Shown one piece after another: positions 7,868 through 18,400 of a stretch of DNA of 62,563 nt. Positions within the stretch are counted from its first letter, which is position 1. Every line of letters starts with the position of its first letter. The notes beneath the pieces were generated by a model. The model worked only from the letters and a program-made list of their open reading frames with translations. It made no database searches and was not told the origin of the DNA. The DNA comes from an uncultured virus (IMG/VR IMGVR_UViG_3300030333_002313) (Duplodnaviria > Heunggongvirae > Uroviricota > Caudoviricetes), in IMG/VR virus record IMGVR_UViG_3300030333_002313. The stretch is one strand, 5' to 3'. The translations under genes were made by a program, and so were the position numbers.

Positions 7868-8700
7868 TATCCTATCATATCCATAGGTGGTTCTTCATAA
7901 GTAAGTCTCAACTGTTCTTCTAGTTTTTCAATCTCTTCAATAGCATCAGAATAAATCTTCTCACCATTAAGAGTGACTCCACCAGGAAGTTGAACGTTCT
8001 GGAACTTAGACATATTCTGTCCCCACTGCTTTTTNNNNNNNNNNTTTTTAATCAAAGAAGTTGCATAGTCTTTTACCCACATAACATTATAAATTTTTGT
8101 CCAATTAGCAGCATCTATAGCACTAACACATTCCATAACAACGTACTCACCTTCTCTGACATCAGTTAATGTATCAAAGTCAATCCAAAGTTTTCCATTA
8201 GAGGCATTAAACCTAGTTGGTTTCATACCCTCTAGTAAAAAATTGATTGTTTGTAAGTGTGTCTGAATCATATAGTAATGATGAAACTGTGTTGATGTAA
8301 AATCAAACAGATCATTCAAACGTAACTGATACCTAATATCAAACATATTAGCAGTACCTTTATCTTGGAAGGTAAAGATACCATTAACAGCTCTGATATG
8401 ATCTGGCATTGGTATATAATTCTTCTGCATTTTAAATACAGTACCAGTATCACCAGCTTGTAATGTATCAGTACCAGTCTCTTCACTATCTGCTTGGAAC
8501 CTTGTTAGATCCTCAGCAGTGAACTGGTGCTTCATAAAAACCTTTTCAGATCCACCGTAATGGTATTCCTGAAATTTCTCAAGAGTATAATCCAATGCAT
8601 CATCAACCTGATCATCTGATACGTTGATTTCCAATACAGGTTTGCCGAGTCTGCGTAGAGCGTACTCTTTGAGTGTTGCTTTTGAATTAGGTTGTGCCAT
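7867..8700 (-). CDS. g13: Neck protein gp13 (contains 10-N gap)
   Basis: LRRLGKPVLEINV, KQWGQNMSKF and LPGGVTLNG motifs. Confidence 0.95.
   Translation of the reverse strand: MAQPNSKATLKEYALRRLGKPVLEINVSDDQVDDALDYTLEKFQEYHYGGSEKVFMKHQFTAEDLTRFQADSEETGTDTLQAGDTGTVFKMQKNYIPMPDHIRAVNGIFTFQDKGTANMFDIRYQLRLNDLFDFTSTQFHHYYMIQTHLQTINFLLEGMKPTRFNASNGKLWIDFDTLTDVREGEYVVMECVSAIDAANWTKIYNVMWVKDYATSLIKXXXXKKQWGQNMSKFQNVQLPGGVTLNGEKIYSDAIEEIEKLEEQLRLTYEEPPMDMIG
8035..8044. other. Assembly gap (10 N)
   Basis: Run of N flanked by T5 on both sides. Confidence 0.99.
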
Positions 8701-8701
8701 T

Positions 8702-11700
8702 TTATCTTGCGAGAGCGGCTAGTGCAGCCTTAAGTTGTGCGACGGTTGTGATACTTGCGTCATTACCAATAGCATTCAATTCTGAGTAGATTGAATCAAT
8801 GTCAGTGTCATTAGTATCTGCCTGTGTACCTTGTGCAGCAGTTGCATATGCAGTGCTTGCAGTGGTAGCAGCAGATCCAAGTCCAAGAGTTGTTCTTGCA
8901 GCAGATGCTGATGCGTCATCAATCAGAGTACCACCAAATGTACTTACAGAAGACGCAGGAAGTGCGTTGGTAGCAAGTGTACCTTGAGCAGCAGTAGCGA
9001 AGTCACCTGTAGCAGCTGCAGCAGCAGTTCCTAGAGTAGGTTTGTTAGTTAAATCATCATAATCTCCACTTGTCGCAACAGTTGCTAGTGTAGGAGCAGT
9101 GTATGAAATAACACCAGTTGAGTTGTTATAACTAATGCTTCCTGTTGCACTGATAGCAGCACGTGCTCTAGCAGTTGTATGATAAAGATTGCTTGATCCT
9201 TCAGATAGATCATCAGTATCAGCAGCAGCAATTCTTGCGTCTGCTCTTGCATCTGTATAGTAAAGGTTAGATCCTTCAGCAAGATCATCAGTATCGTGAT
9301 TAGATAGAGATGCAATAGTTGTAGGAGTGGTGTAAGAAATAACACCAGTGGAAGAATTATATCCTAGTGATCCACTAACTGAAATGTGTCCACGAGTTCT
9401 TGCAGCAGTGGTGAAGAGGTTGGTTGATCCTTCTGTGACATTATCTGTGTCAATGTCTGACTGAGTAACAGAAAGAGTACCAGAAGTGTGTGTAATGCCT
9501 GTTCCATATGTGAAATGAGATCTGGTTCTTGCAGCAGTAGTAAACAGATTAGTTGAACCTTCAGTTACATTATCTGTATCAATATCTGCTTGAGTAACAG
9601 ATAGTTGTCCACCACCCGACAACTCTATACCCGTTCCGTAGGTAAAGTGAGTTCTCGTTCTAGCTGCAGTGGTGAACAGATTTGATGATCCTTCAGTTAC
9701 ATCATCTGTGTCATATTCACTGAAGTCAAGAGCAAGGGTATATGAATTAGCAGCATCATCATATGTCTTTGTAAGACCTGCACCAGCAACGAATAGATTA
9801 TTAACTCTGTCATCAACTCTTTCATCTGTATAGTATAGATTTGTAGATCCTTCTGTTAAAGCATCAGTATCGTGGTTAGCAATACTACCAACCTGTGACT
9901 GACCGTATGTAATATTACCAGTAATATTCAAGTTACCTTGAACTTCAAAGTTTGTAGTAGATAGGAAGTTACTTACAGATAAAGTGTTAGAGAATGGGTT
10001 GTAGGTAAGGTTAGCAGAGTCAGTAAATACACCAGCATTACCAGTGTTCGCACTCATAAATGCAGGGTAGAACAGAGTGTTATTGTTAGTATTAGTAACT
10101 GCTACCTGAGTTGCAGTATCAGCATTACCTGTTAAGTCACCAGTTACATCACCTGTGATTTGACCTGTGACTCCAAGAGTTCCACCGAAGGTTACAGCAT
10201 CATCAACGTTAAGTGTTCCTTTGATATCTGTGTTACCAGATGCAGCAGTAATAGATGCTTTAATACCAGCAGCACCACCAACAGATAAGTCACCACCAAC
10301 GTATGCTTTCTTAGCAACTGATAGACCACCATCTGTAGATACAGATGCAGAAGCATCATTGTATCCAGTAGAATCAGTTACGTTATCTGCTTGTACAAGA
10401 CCAGCAAATGTAGCATTACCAGATGTGACATCTATACCAGAGTTAAAGTCAGCATTACCATCTACGTTAAGAGTAGAATCGAAGTCAACTGCGTTAGTTA
10501 CCCCAAGAGTACCTGCAGCAGTAACGTTACCTGTTGCAGCAGCAACATTGAACTTAGTACTATTAATGTTCAATGAACCAGTTAAGTTCAAAGTTGATTG
10601 AAGTGCAGCAACACCAGATGCTGTAATAGCAGCAAAGTTAGATGCTTGAGTTACATCAAGGGTACCAGAGATTGCTGTGTTACCTGTAGGACCATCAACT
10701 GTAAATGTTCCACCACCTACATCAAGGTCATCTCCAATCCAAGTTTTCTTAGTTACTGCTAAACCACCAGCAGTGTATAGAGATGCAGTATTGTCTGAAG
10801 CACTTACAGAATCTTCAGTACTATTTGCACGAACAACTTCAACAAAGTTAGTTACACCTTCTACATCAAGAGTTCCATCTAATTGTGAGTTACCATAAAC
10901 TCTAAGTATTCCACCAACAGCAGCGTTCTTAGTAATAGAAGCACCACCAGATAGTCTTAAAGCACCGTCGTTAGCAAAGGTTCCTGTGACTCCTGCCTGT
11001 GTAGTGCTTGTGTTAGTAATATTTCCAGTAACACCAAATGTATTTGTTACATTAGTTGCACCATTTACATCCAGAGTTCCATCAACTACTGTATTACCAG
11101 AGGCAGCAGCAACTGTGAACTTAGTGGAGTTAATATCAAAATCTCCAAGGATGGTACCAGTACCACTAACTGTTAAATTAGATCCAGCTCCAGTTATATT
11201 GACTGAAGAAGATAGTGTTGAAATACCAGAGACACCTAAAGTACCTGCTACTGAAGTGTTACCTGTTGCACTTGCAACTGTAAATTTATTATTATTAACT
11301 GCAAAATCGTTTGTTACATCTAAAGTACCTGTGATATCTACGTTACCACCGAATGAACCTGCATCGGTTACTACTAGATCATCACCCACATAAAGATCAA
11401 GACCAACAGAAGCACCACCCCCGACAATGAGAGCACCACTTGAAGCATTAGTTGCAGGAGTTGTATCGAATAATTTAATACTACCTGCATCAATACCTGA
11501 ACGAGTACCAGAGAATACTTCAGAACTATTAGTAGCATTGTCATAAACAGCGAACCTAGATGCTGAATCATCCCATCCAAAGAATCCAATTTTAGCAGAA
11601 CCACTATAGTATCTAAATTCTATACCACGGTCTTTATTATCATCAGTAGTAGGAGCAGTATCTCCACCCAGTGTCATCACAGGGTCATCTAACTGAGTAA

Positions 11701-14700
11701 CAGTTGTATTAAATGTTGTTGTAGTACCATTAACTGTAAGGTCTCCTTCAACAGTTGCGTTACCACCTACATTCAAATCTTGTCCAGCAGCAAGAGTTAC
11801 TGGGGAATTAAATTGAGATGTTGCTTCAACGGTTAAAGCATCGCCTGTAGCGTCACCAATAGTGGTTTGAGATCCAGTGATATTAACTTCACGATTAAAT
11901 GTTGCATCACCGTGAACGGTTAATGTACCAGCAGCATTAGTACCAGCACCATTACGTCCAATCTCAGTGTTACCTACGTTGTTAACACGGAACTCAATGT
12001 TATCTGTGGTTGCTTTCTTACCAACGTATAAGTTGTCACCAATATGAAGATCAGTAGCAATACCTGCACCACCAAATGATCTGAAGTTAGAATCATTATC
12101 CTGTGCGAATGATGGTGTCTTAGCTGATGTAACACCAGTTCTGAATTTATATCTTACTCTTAAGTAGTTCTGTGTGTTGAATGTTTCAGTAGCACCTAAG
12201 TCTCTCTCATTAATAGTACCGTTAACATATAAGTCAGAGTTAAACAGAACATCACCTTCAACATAACCACCACCATCTACTCGTAAAGCACCATAGTCAT
12301 TTGAACCAATTACATAGTTGTTACTACCATCAGTGGTAACTGTAGGTGTATCTGATGATTCAAAGTGAATAAGACTTGCTACATTTAGAGTACCTTCAAT
12401 ATCTGTGTTACCAGATGTACTTTGTACAACAAATCTATCAGCAGATCCATTGTTTAACTTAAGTGTCTTACCAGTTGTATCAATGATAATATCATTATGT
12501 GATGTTGTGACACCATCTATTTCAACGTCTGCGTTAAGGTCTGTCTTACCATCAACATTGAGTGTCGTGTCAAAATCAACGCCTTGCTTAACGTTAAGCG
12601 TCCCCTCAGTAACTGTATTGCCATTGTCGGAATCGACAACAAACTGAGTGTTCCCAGAAGCGTTCTTAACTGCAAATTCTTTAGCATCGGCTTGTACGAA
12701 TAAATTATCAGTAACAGTTGTCTCTAATTGAATATCAGCAGTACCTTCAATAACTGTATTACCGTTATCAGTATCAACTGTAAACTTATCAACACCTGCA
12801 TTATTTTGTATATTAAATGACTTGTTATCTGCTTTGATTATTACATTATTATTAATTTCTGATTGCCCAGCAACAGTGACTGTACCACCTACATTTACAT
12901 TTTGAGAGATACCAACACCACCTGTAACTACCAGAGTCCCAGTAGTCGTGGACGTTGAACCTGTGTTTGTTGTGAGGCTGAGGTTGCCAGCAATGAGAGC
13001 AGCGTCAGTACCAGTGAAAACTTCAGAGGTGTTAGTGGCATTGTAGAGGAACCTAAACCCACCAGTGCCAGACCATATGTTAGCGTTTGCGTAATCCTCG
13101 TCCCATCCGAAGAATCCGACTCGTGCTTGTGTATCATAATAGGAAAATTCTATACCACGATCCTTACTATCATCACTTACTGGAGCTGTGTCTCCACCAA
13201 GTACAAATATAGGATCGTCAATTGTTACAATAGTTGAATTGACAGTAGTTGTAGTACCGTCTACTTGCAAGTTACCACGAACTTGAAGTGTACCAGATGC
13301 AGTATCATCGTCACCTGGATCCAAGATCATAGTAGCAGCAGTACTACTTAAAGTATCATCTTGGAATTGGAATCCTTCGATATTAACTCTATTAGCTACA
13401 TTAGTAGAAGAGATTGTAATATCTTCATCTGCTGTAATGTTGATACTAGCAGTACCTGCACCTGAGTTCTCTGAAATAATATCCAGAGTTCTATCAGTAG
13501 CAGAGTTTACATTGTGATGGATCTTAAGTGAACCAGCAGTCCTTTCAATAGTCTGTAAAGGAGTATTGCCAGGTCTATCTAATTTGATATTCGCACCACT
13601 AATATTAGTGTCAACATTAATATCAACTCCACCAGCACCAGTATTATCGGTGTTATTAGCACTAAAGAGAAGACCACCAGAGGAGTCATTAATATGAATA
13701 TGATTTAGATAGTCAAGACCATTGTGTGCAGTAGCAGCAGTATGCTCATTATCTAATTCAAAAGTTTGTACTGAATTACGATCAGTAAACTTAATTTGAT
13801 TATTCTGTAATTGAGTGTTATCAACACCCATTGCAGCAATGGTTACGTGACCATTTGCATCAACGTCAAAATCTTCTTGTGCGAATGATGCAAGACCTTT
13901 CTGCTCTACAGAAGTATTATTGCAGAATCTCCATCCACCTACAGTACCAGATGTATGTGATGGTTCTCCACCACCAGCAGCAACTTCTTGGATTGATTGA
14001 TATACCTTAGAGTTTGCTTCTAAGATAGAATATCTAGGATATGTTGTAGCAGCATCATAACTAGCATACTTAGATCCTTCTGTTGCAGTAGCAATAGGAA
14101 GGTTTTCTAACGTTGTTATACGACCGTATCTATCAACATCAATTCTAGTAGCATTAACAGTTGCAGTACTGTATGGTTCACCATTACTACCAGGACCAGC
14201 AATAGAAGTTAATGAAGGTACGTTATATGAACCAACAACAACCTGAGTATCAGCAAGGTCAATGAATGGGTTCTGTGTACTACCATCAGGTACTGTAAAT
14301 ATAATTCTTCCTGCACCACCAGTTAACTGTCTAGTCTGTACATTACCAACAGAGGTACGTGTAAGAAGACCTAGAGTTGTTAAGCCAGCAATTGCGGATA
14401 ATTCATCGTCAAGGGGCTGAGCGTCAGTAATACCATAATTTGCCAAAGTAGATGCAAGCTCAGCACCAATAACCCTACCTTGAGAGTTAACTCGGACTCT
14501 AGTATAGAGTGCATCAGCATTTGGATTATTGGGATCATAATGTGGAAGAGTTGTGATTAGAGATAGATCAGTAGTAAGTTCTAAGTTCTGAGAACCATCA
14601 AAAGATCCTGATCCAGTTACTTGTCCAGAGAGTTGGATCTGACGTGCGTTGGCAAGACGTGTAGAGGTAGAGGCATTACCGATTAGTGTTGCAGTGACAG

Positions 14701-14929
14701 CACCTGCTTGGAAGTTACCATCAGCGTCTCTTTTAACAAGTGTATTAGCAGCGTTCGATTCAGTTTCTAGCGGTCTCTCATATCTTAATGAGTTCCAAGG
14801 GGTTACTCCATCACCAATTTTGATACGTGACGTATCGATCTCAATACCAAGTTCACCCTGTGCGAGAATTGGGTTGATGTTTGCCCACTGTTGGGCACCA
14901 TCACGTCGTAATTGTATTCTATTTGCCAT
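8702..14929 (-). CDS. Long tail fibre-like protein (2075 aa) with Mtd_N/hyaluronidase-type N-terminus
   Basis: N-terminal RIQLRRD...W...NPILAQGELGIE.D...KIGDG.T.WNSL, G/T/V-rich beta repeats (FTVxxxxGNTxxxGTLxV) and C-terminal TDxxxEGSxNL repeats. Confidence 0.85.
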   Translation of the reverse strand: MANRIQLRRDGAQQWANINPILAQGELGIEIDTSRIKIGDGVTPWNSLRYERPLETESNAANTLVKRDADGNFQAGAVTATLIGNASTSTRLANARQIQLSGQVTGSGSFDGSQNLELTTDLSLITTLPHYDPNNPNADALYTRVRVNSQGRVIGAELASTLANYGITDAQPLDDELSAIAGLTTLGLLTRTSVGNVQTRQLTGGAGRIIFTVPDGSTQNPFIDLADTQVVVGSYNVPSLTSIAGPGSNGEPYSTATVNATRIDVDRYGRITTLENLPIATATEGSKYASYDAATTYPRYSILEANSKVYQSIQEVAAGGGEPSHTSGTVGGWRFCNNTSVEQKGLASFAQEDFDVDANGHVTIAAMGVDNTQLQNNQIKFTDRNSVQTFELDNEHTAATAHNGLDYLNHIHINDSSGGLLFSANNTDNTGAGGVDINVDTNISGANIKLDRPGNTPLQTIERTAGSLKIHHNVNSATDRTLDIISENSGAGTASINITADEDITISSTNVANRVNIEGFQFQDDTLSSTAATMILDPGDDDTASGTLQVRGNLQVDGTTTTVNSTIVTIDDPIFVLGGDTAPVSDDSKDRGIEFSYYDTQARVGFFGWDEDYANANIWSGTGGFRFLYNATNTSEVFTGTDAALIAGNLSLTTNTGSTSTTTGTLVVTGGVGISQNVNVGGTVTVAGQSEINNNVIIKADNKSFNIQNNAGVDKFTVDTDNGNTVIEGTADIQLETTVTDNLFVQADAKEFAVKNASGNTQFVVDSDNGNTVTEGTLNVKQGVDFDTTLNVDGKTDLNADVEIDGVTTSHNDIIIDTTGKTLKLNNGSADRFVVQSTSGNTDIEGTLNVASLIHFESSDTPTVTTDGSNNYVIGSNDYGALRVDGGGYVEGDVLFNSDLYVNGTINERDLGATETFNTQNYLRVRYKFRTGVTSAKTPSFAQDNDSNFRSFGGAGIATDLHIGDNLYVGKKATTDNIEFRVNNVGNTEIGRNGAGTNAAGTLTVHGDATFNREVNITGSQTTIGDATGDALTVEATSQFNSPVTLAAGQDLNVGGNATVEGDLTVNGTTTTFNTTVTQLDDPVMTLGGDTAPTTDDNKDRGIEFRYYSGSAKIGFFGWDDSASRFAVYDNATNSSEVFSGTRSGIDAGSIKLFDTTPATNASSGALIVGGGASVGLDLYVGDDLVVTDAGSFGGNVDITGTLDVTNDFAVNNNKFTVASATGNTSVAGTLGVSGISTLSSSVNITGAGSNLTVSGTGTILGDFDINSTKFTVAAASGNTVVDGTLDVNGATNVTNTFGVTGNITNTSTTQAGVTGTFANDGALRLSGGASITKNAAVGGILRVYGNSQLDGTLDVEGVTNFVEVVRANSTEDSVSASDNTASLYTAGGLAVTKKTWIGDDLDVGGGTFTVDGPTGNTAISGTLDVTQASNFAAITASGVAALQSTLNLTGSLNINSTKFNVAAATGNVTAAGTLGVTNAVDFDSTLNVDGNADFNSGIDVTSGNATFAGLVQADNVTDSTGYNDASASVSTDGGLSVAKKAYVGGDLSVGGAAGIKASITAASGNTDIKGTLNVDDAVTFGGTLGVTGQITGDVTGDLTGNADTATQVAVTNTNNNTLFYPAFMSANTGNAGVFTDSANLTYNPFSNTLSVSNFLSTTNFEVQGNLNITGNITYGQSQVGSIANHDTDALTEGSTNLYYTDERVDDRVNNLFVAGAGLTKTYDDAANSYTLALDFSEYDTDDVTEGSSNLFTTAARTRTHFTYGTGIELSGGGQLSVTQADIDTDNVTEGSTNLFTTAARTRSHFTYGTGITHTSGTLSVTQSDIDTDNVTEGSTNLFTTAARTRGHISVSGSLGYNSSTGVISYTTPTTIASLSNHDTDDLAEGSNLYYTDARADARIAAADTDDLSEGSSNLYHTTARARAAISATGSISYNNSTGVISYTAPTLATVATSGDYDDLTNKPTLGTAAAAATGDFATAAQGTLATNALPASSVSTFGGTLIDDASASAARTTLGLGSAATTASTAYATAAQGTQADTNDTDIDSIYSELNAIGNDASITTVAQLKAALAALAR
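9165..9875 (-). repeat. Six DTDxxxEGS(x)NLxxTxxR coding repeats in the fibre C-terminal region
   Basis: DTDALTEGSTNLYYT, DTDDVTEGSSNLFTT, DTDNVTEGSTNLFTT (x2), DTDDLAEGSNLYYT, DTDDLSEGSSNLYHT. Bounds approximate. Confidence 0.85.
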
Positions 14930-14971
14930 TGGTTAGGTCTCTAATCTGCACGGACAATAAGCCTCTCAAGA

Positions 14972-14979
14972 TATTTATA
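14972..14979 (-). promoter_or_regulatory. Late promoter TATAAATA for the fibre gene
   Basis: Perfect T4 late consensus just past a terminator, about 42 nt upstream of ATG 14929. Confidence 0.85.
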
Positions 14980-14983
14980 ACCC

Positions 14984-15010
14984 AAATAAAAAGAGACCTT
15001 GCGGTCTCTT
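14984..15010 (-). terminator. Intrinsic terminator with GCAA tetraloop
   Basis: Minus strand AAGAGACC-GCAA-GGTCTCTT followed by TTTATTT. Confidence 0.9.
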
Positions 15011-15016
15011 AGAATA

Positions 15017-15226
15017 TTATTCAGCTGAAACCTCGTCTACTGTTTCATTTGGTTTGAGTATATACTCTAGAGTTTCAATTGCTCCTTGCAGTTTTAATGC
15101 TTGTTGTTCGTTTTTTCTGATCTGTTGAGCCATCTGTTGGTTCTCTTCGACCATTTTTTGTAAGCGATCCTTAAAGTCTTGCAGGAGTTTCTCCTGATCG
15201 ACAGTTTCAGGTACATCGGCAGTCAT
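15017..15226 (-). CDS. Small coiled-coil protein
   Basis: 69 aa, Q/E-rich heptads ending LQGAIETLE, coupled to the upstream ORF. Confidence 0.8.
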   Translation of the reverse strand: MTADVPETVDQEKLLQDFKDRLQKMVEENQQMAQQIRKNEQQALKLQGAIETLEYILKPNETVDEVSAE

Positions 15227-15447
15227 AATTTGTTCTCCAAGTTAATAAGTAAGGATTTAATCTCTGATATCTCAGATTTTAGCACATCAAGTTCACTTTT
15301 CATAGTGTCTAATGTTGCATCCCTTTTCCTACGTGCTTTAGCAGCAGTGCCAGGGGGTGTCTCCTTTGTATTTAGTACCGCACCAGAATGGGTATCCCGT
15401 ACAAGTTCTGGTTTACCCTTTACTTGTAGGTATCTATTAGAGGTCAC
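15223..15447 (-). CDS. Small hypothetical protein following VrlC-like gene
   Basis: VKGKPELVRDTHSGAVLN plus C-terminal coiled coil LKSEISEIKSLL. Confidence 0.85.
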   Translation of the reverse strand: MTSNRYLQVKGKPELVRDTHSGAVLNTKETPPGTAAKARRKRDATLDTMKSELDVLKSEISEIKSLLINLENKL

Positions 15448-18400
15448 TTAATGCCATTACTCGAAGGTTTTTAATTTCAGGAACATAAGCTTGGTTTGTA
15501 GAGGTCATAATAACTTTAACTTGTGCTACGTTAAACTCAGCACCGCTATAAGTGTATTCTAGATCTCTTAGTAAGAATCCTTCAGTCTTTTGAACTGACT
15601 TATCTTCCAATCCGTTTCCGTTAAAATATGTATAACCAATCTCATCGAATGCGAGAGAGGTACCTATTGGTTGGATACGGTACATAACGTGAATCTCTGT
15701 ATCAGGATGTCTCCAAGCTTCAAACATTACCTTCAATGTATTAGCAGGTTGTAGAAGATTGACGACCTTAGTAATATAAACAGCATCATTTAGATCACCT
15801 GAATTCTTCTCTGCACCAGAATCTGCAGCAGGAATATGGTTAATTCTATTAGATGTTGTAATAAGTGAACAACGATCAGTATCAACAATAGGACTGATGT
15901 TCTTATTCGCTGTTGATAACAAGAGTCTCATAGTAAGTGATTTAGAACCACTTAACTTAGCATCTTCATTAACCTTAGAACAAACAAGTTTAGGGAAGGT
16001 TAGATAGTTATCTTCATTAGCGATACAGTCAAGATATACACCATCATTAATGAATGATGCTTCATCAATATTGTTACCATCCTTAATGGATGTAGCAGAA
16101 ACAGCATTCAAACGAGGAATGACATCTGTCTCTGGGAAGATATTCATCTGTAACTGAGGATAGAACTGTTCGAATTGAACGTTCTGAGTTGCAGTAACAT
16201 TACTTCCACCGTTAGTAATACCATTAGTAGATACAGATGTAACTGCGACTTTATAAGAATCTAATGTAGGTGAACCAATTCCAGTATGTAACTTGTTAAT
16301 TTCTACAAGAGGAATACCGTCAAGGTTATAACACTCAATGATACTTAGAGAACTATGTACCAGAGCAGCAGTACCTGCCTTACCACGAGATCCAGAAGGT
16401 AGTGTAATGATCTTACCATCAGCAGATATTGCACTATATTCAATAATCTCAAAATGTCTTTGACCAACTTCAGGGTCACGAATTATCAGATAACCTGGAT
16501 TACTTGTTCCTACAATAGCACCATTAATAGTTGTATGGAATGCTGAAGCATCATTAACGTGTAACTGGAATGTACCTGATACACCATCAGATGCAGTAAT
16601 ACCATTTGTATGATATGCAGAGTCAATAATTGTAGGAGCAACTTCTGACTCTACTCCTTCAATCTTAACGTTGTTAGCTGAATCGTGCATACCGTGGTTA
16701 GCGTGCATCACTGTAATCTCAGTTGCTTGGTTATAGTATGAGATAGGAGCAGCAGGATAATCGTTAATATCATCACCACTTATTGCGACACCACCAGATG
16801 CGATGGTACCAGAACCAGTTGTAGATCCATCAGTATCCTGAGTAATAGCATCACCAACAGCAAAGGTTCCTGTGACTGATTTAATCGAAACAACACCAGT
16901 ACCTGAGTTCCAAGCGGTAACCATACCAGTTGCACCAGTACCATTCGTTAGAGTATCATCAGCATTAAATGTTCCTGTAACACCAGTTAGTGTAAGGTCA
17001 GCAAGTGATCTAGAAGATACTAATCTGTAAATCCAATTTTGACCTGACTGTACACCTTCTCTGAATGTTCCATTAACATCATCAACAATAATATATGCGT
17101 TAGATGATCCTTGTACACCTTGTACAACTTCTCTAATAATTGCAGAAGGAACAGGTGAAGTATCAGTCTGTGTAATCTCAGCACCAATAGTAAAGTTTGC
17201 TTGGTGATCGGAAAGAATGATTTTAATTTGGGGTTTTAAAGTCACTATTGGATTGCTTCTTAGTTCAGCAATACCACCATTACCTATTGCTAGTTCTGTA
17301 TTATTAAAGACAGCAGTACCACTTGTATTCTCAGCAAACTCTGCTTTAAATAGATTGAACTTAAGATCTTCATACTGGTCAGCAGTCCAAGTAGATGCGT
17401 TCTGTGATTTGAATAGAACACCTGCATATGGCTGTTCAGAGATTGTTCTATCGTTAGTAACATCATCCTCACCCATTCTGGATATCCAGAGTTTATATTC
17501 ATTAGAGTCAGAAAGAACAACTAAACAATATTCTCTGTTTTCTCTAACATAAATTGGTGATGGGAATGTAAACTTAGTAAGAACAGTACCATTCTCAGAT
17601 AGATTAATCTGTGAAGGTAGAAGAGTAACATCAGAGAAAGCAAGAACCTTAGTAGTTGGATATCCATTTGCCATCTCCCTGATCTGTATCGATACAGGAA
17701 TTCTGTTATCTTTTGTGTTAAAGAATAGATCAGCACTTGTTAAGAATGCACCACCCTTAGATTCAACTAAGAAGGACTGTGCAAGAGGGTCATACCAACC
17801 TGTGTCTCTGGTTGCTGTAGAGTTATCATTAACAATTCTGTCAGATACAACTGTATCTCTAACAACGTCAGCGTTTCTAACAGCAAGAATTGTCTGTTGC
17901 TTGGTTTCAATAACACCAGATGCAACGTAAGTATTTGATGCAGAAGAATCAACCTGTCCAGGAATCCTAGAGTCAGTTGGAGATGTTGTTAAACGTACAA
18001 CACGTGTACCAGTTGCAAATCTTGGGTTGGTAGATACAGCAGGATTAGGTATCCATATAATACCTTCCATATCACCGTTAGTATTTGCAATCAAACGCTT
18101 AGTCTTAACAACTGCACGAGCACCAGAGGTTTGTCCTACAAGGATCTCAGTCTCTAATGGGTTACCAAAATATTCACCAGCAACTGTCTCAGACATTGTT
18201 TGAGTATCAATGTTGAGCAGTGGTGTGGTAGATGCATATGATGTAGGTAATTCTGAACCATCATAAGGTGATAGTCCATCATCAAATCCTGTCTCAGGAC
18301 TTACAAGTAATAATCTACATCCAGATGTCTGACCAATAACCTTTTCACCAGTAACAAATGGTGTATTGTTAGTACGGTTATCATCGACTGGGTTCTTAAT

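Noticed and set aside
8702..14929. Diversity-generating retroelement target (Mtd_N-like N-terminus plus repeats)
   Set aside because: No reverse transcriptase in the window. The repeats are in-frame coding units that differ mostly at synonymous sites, not adenine-specific TR/VR pairs.
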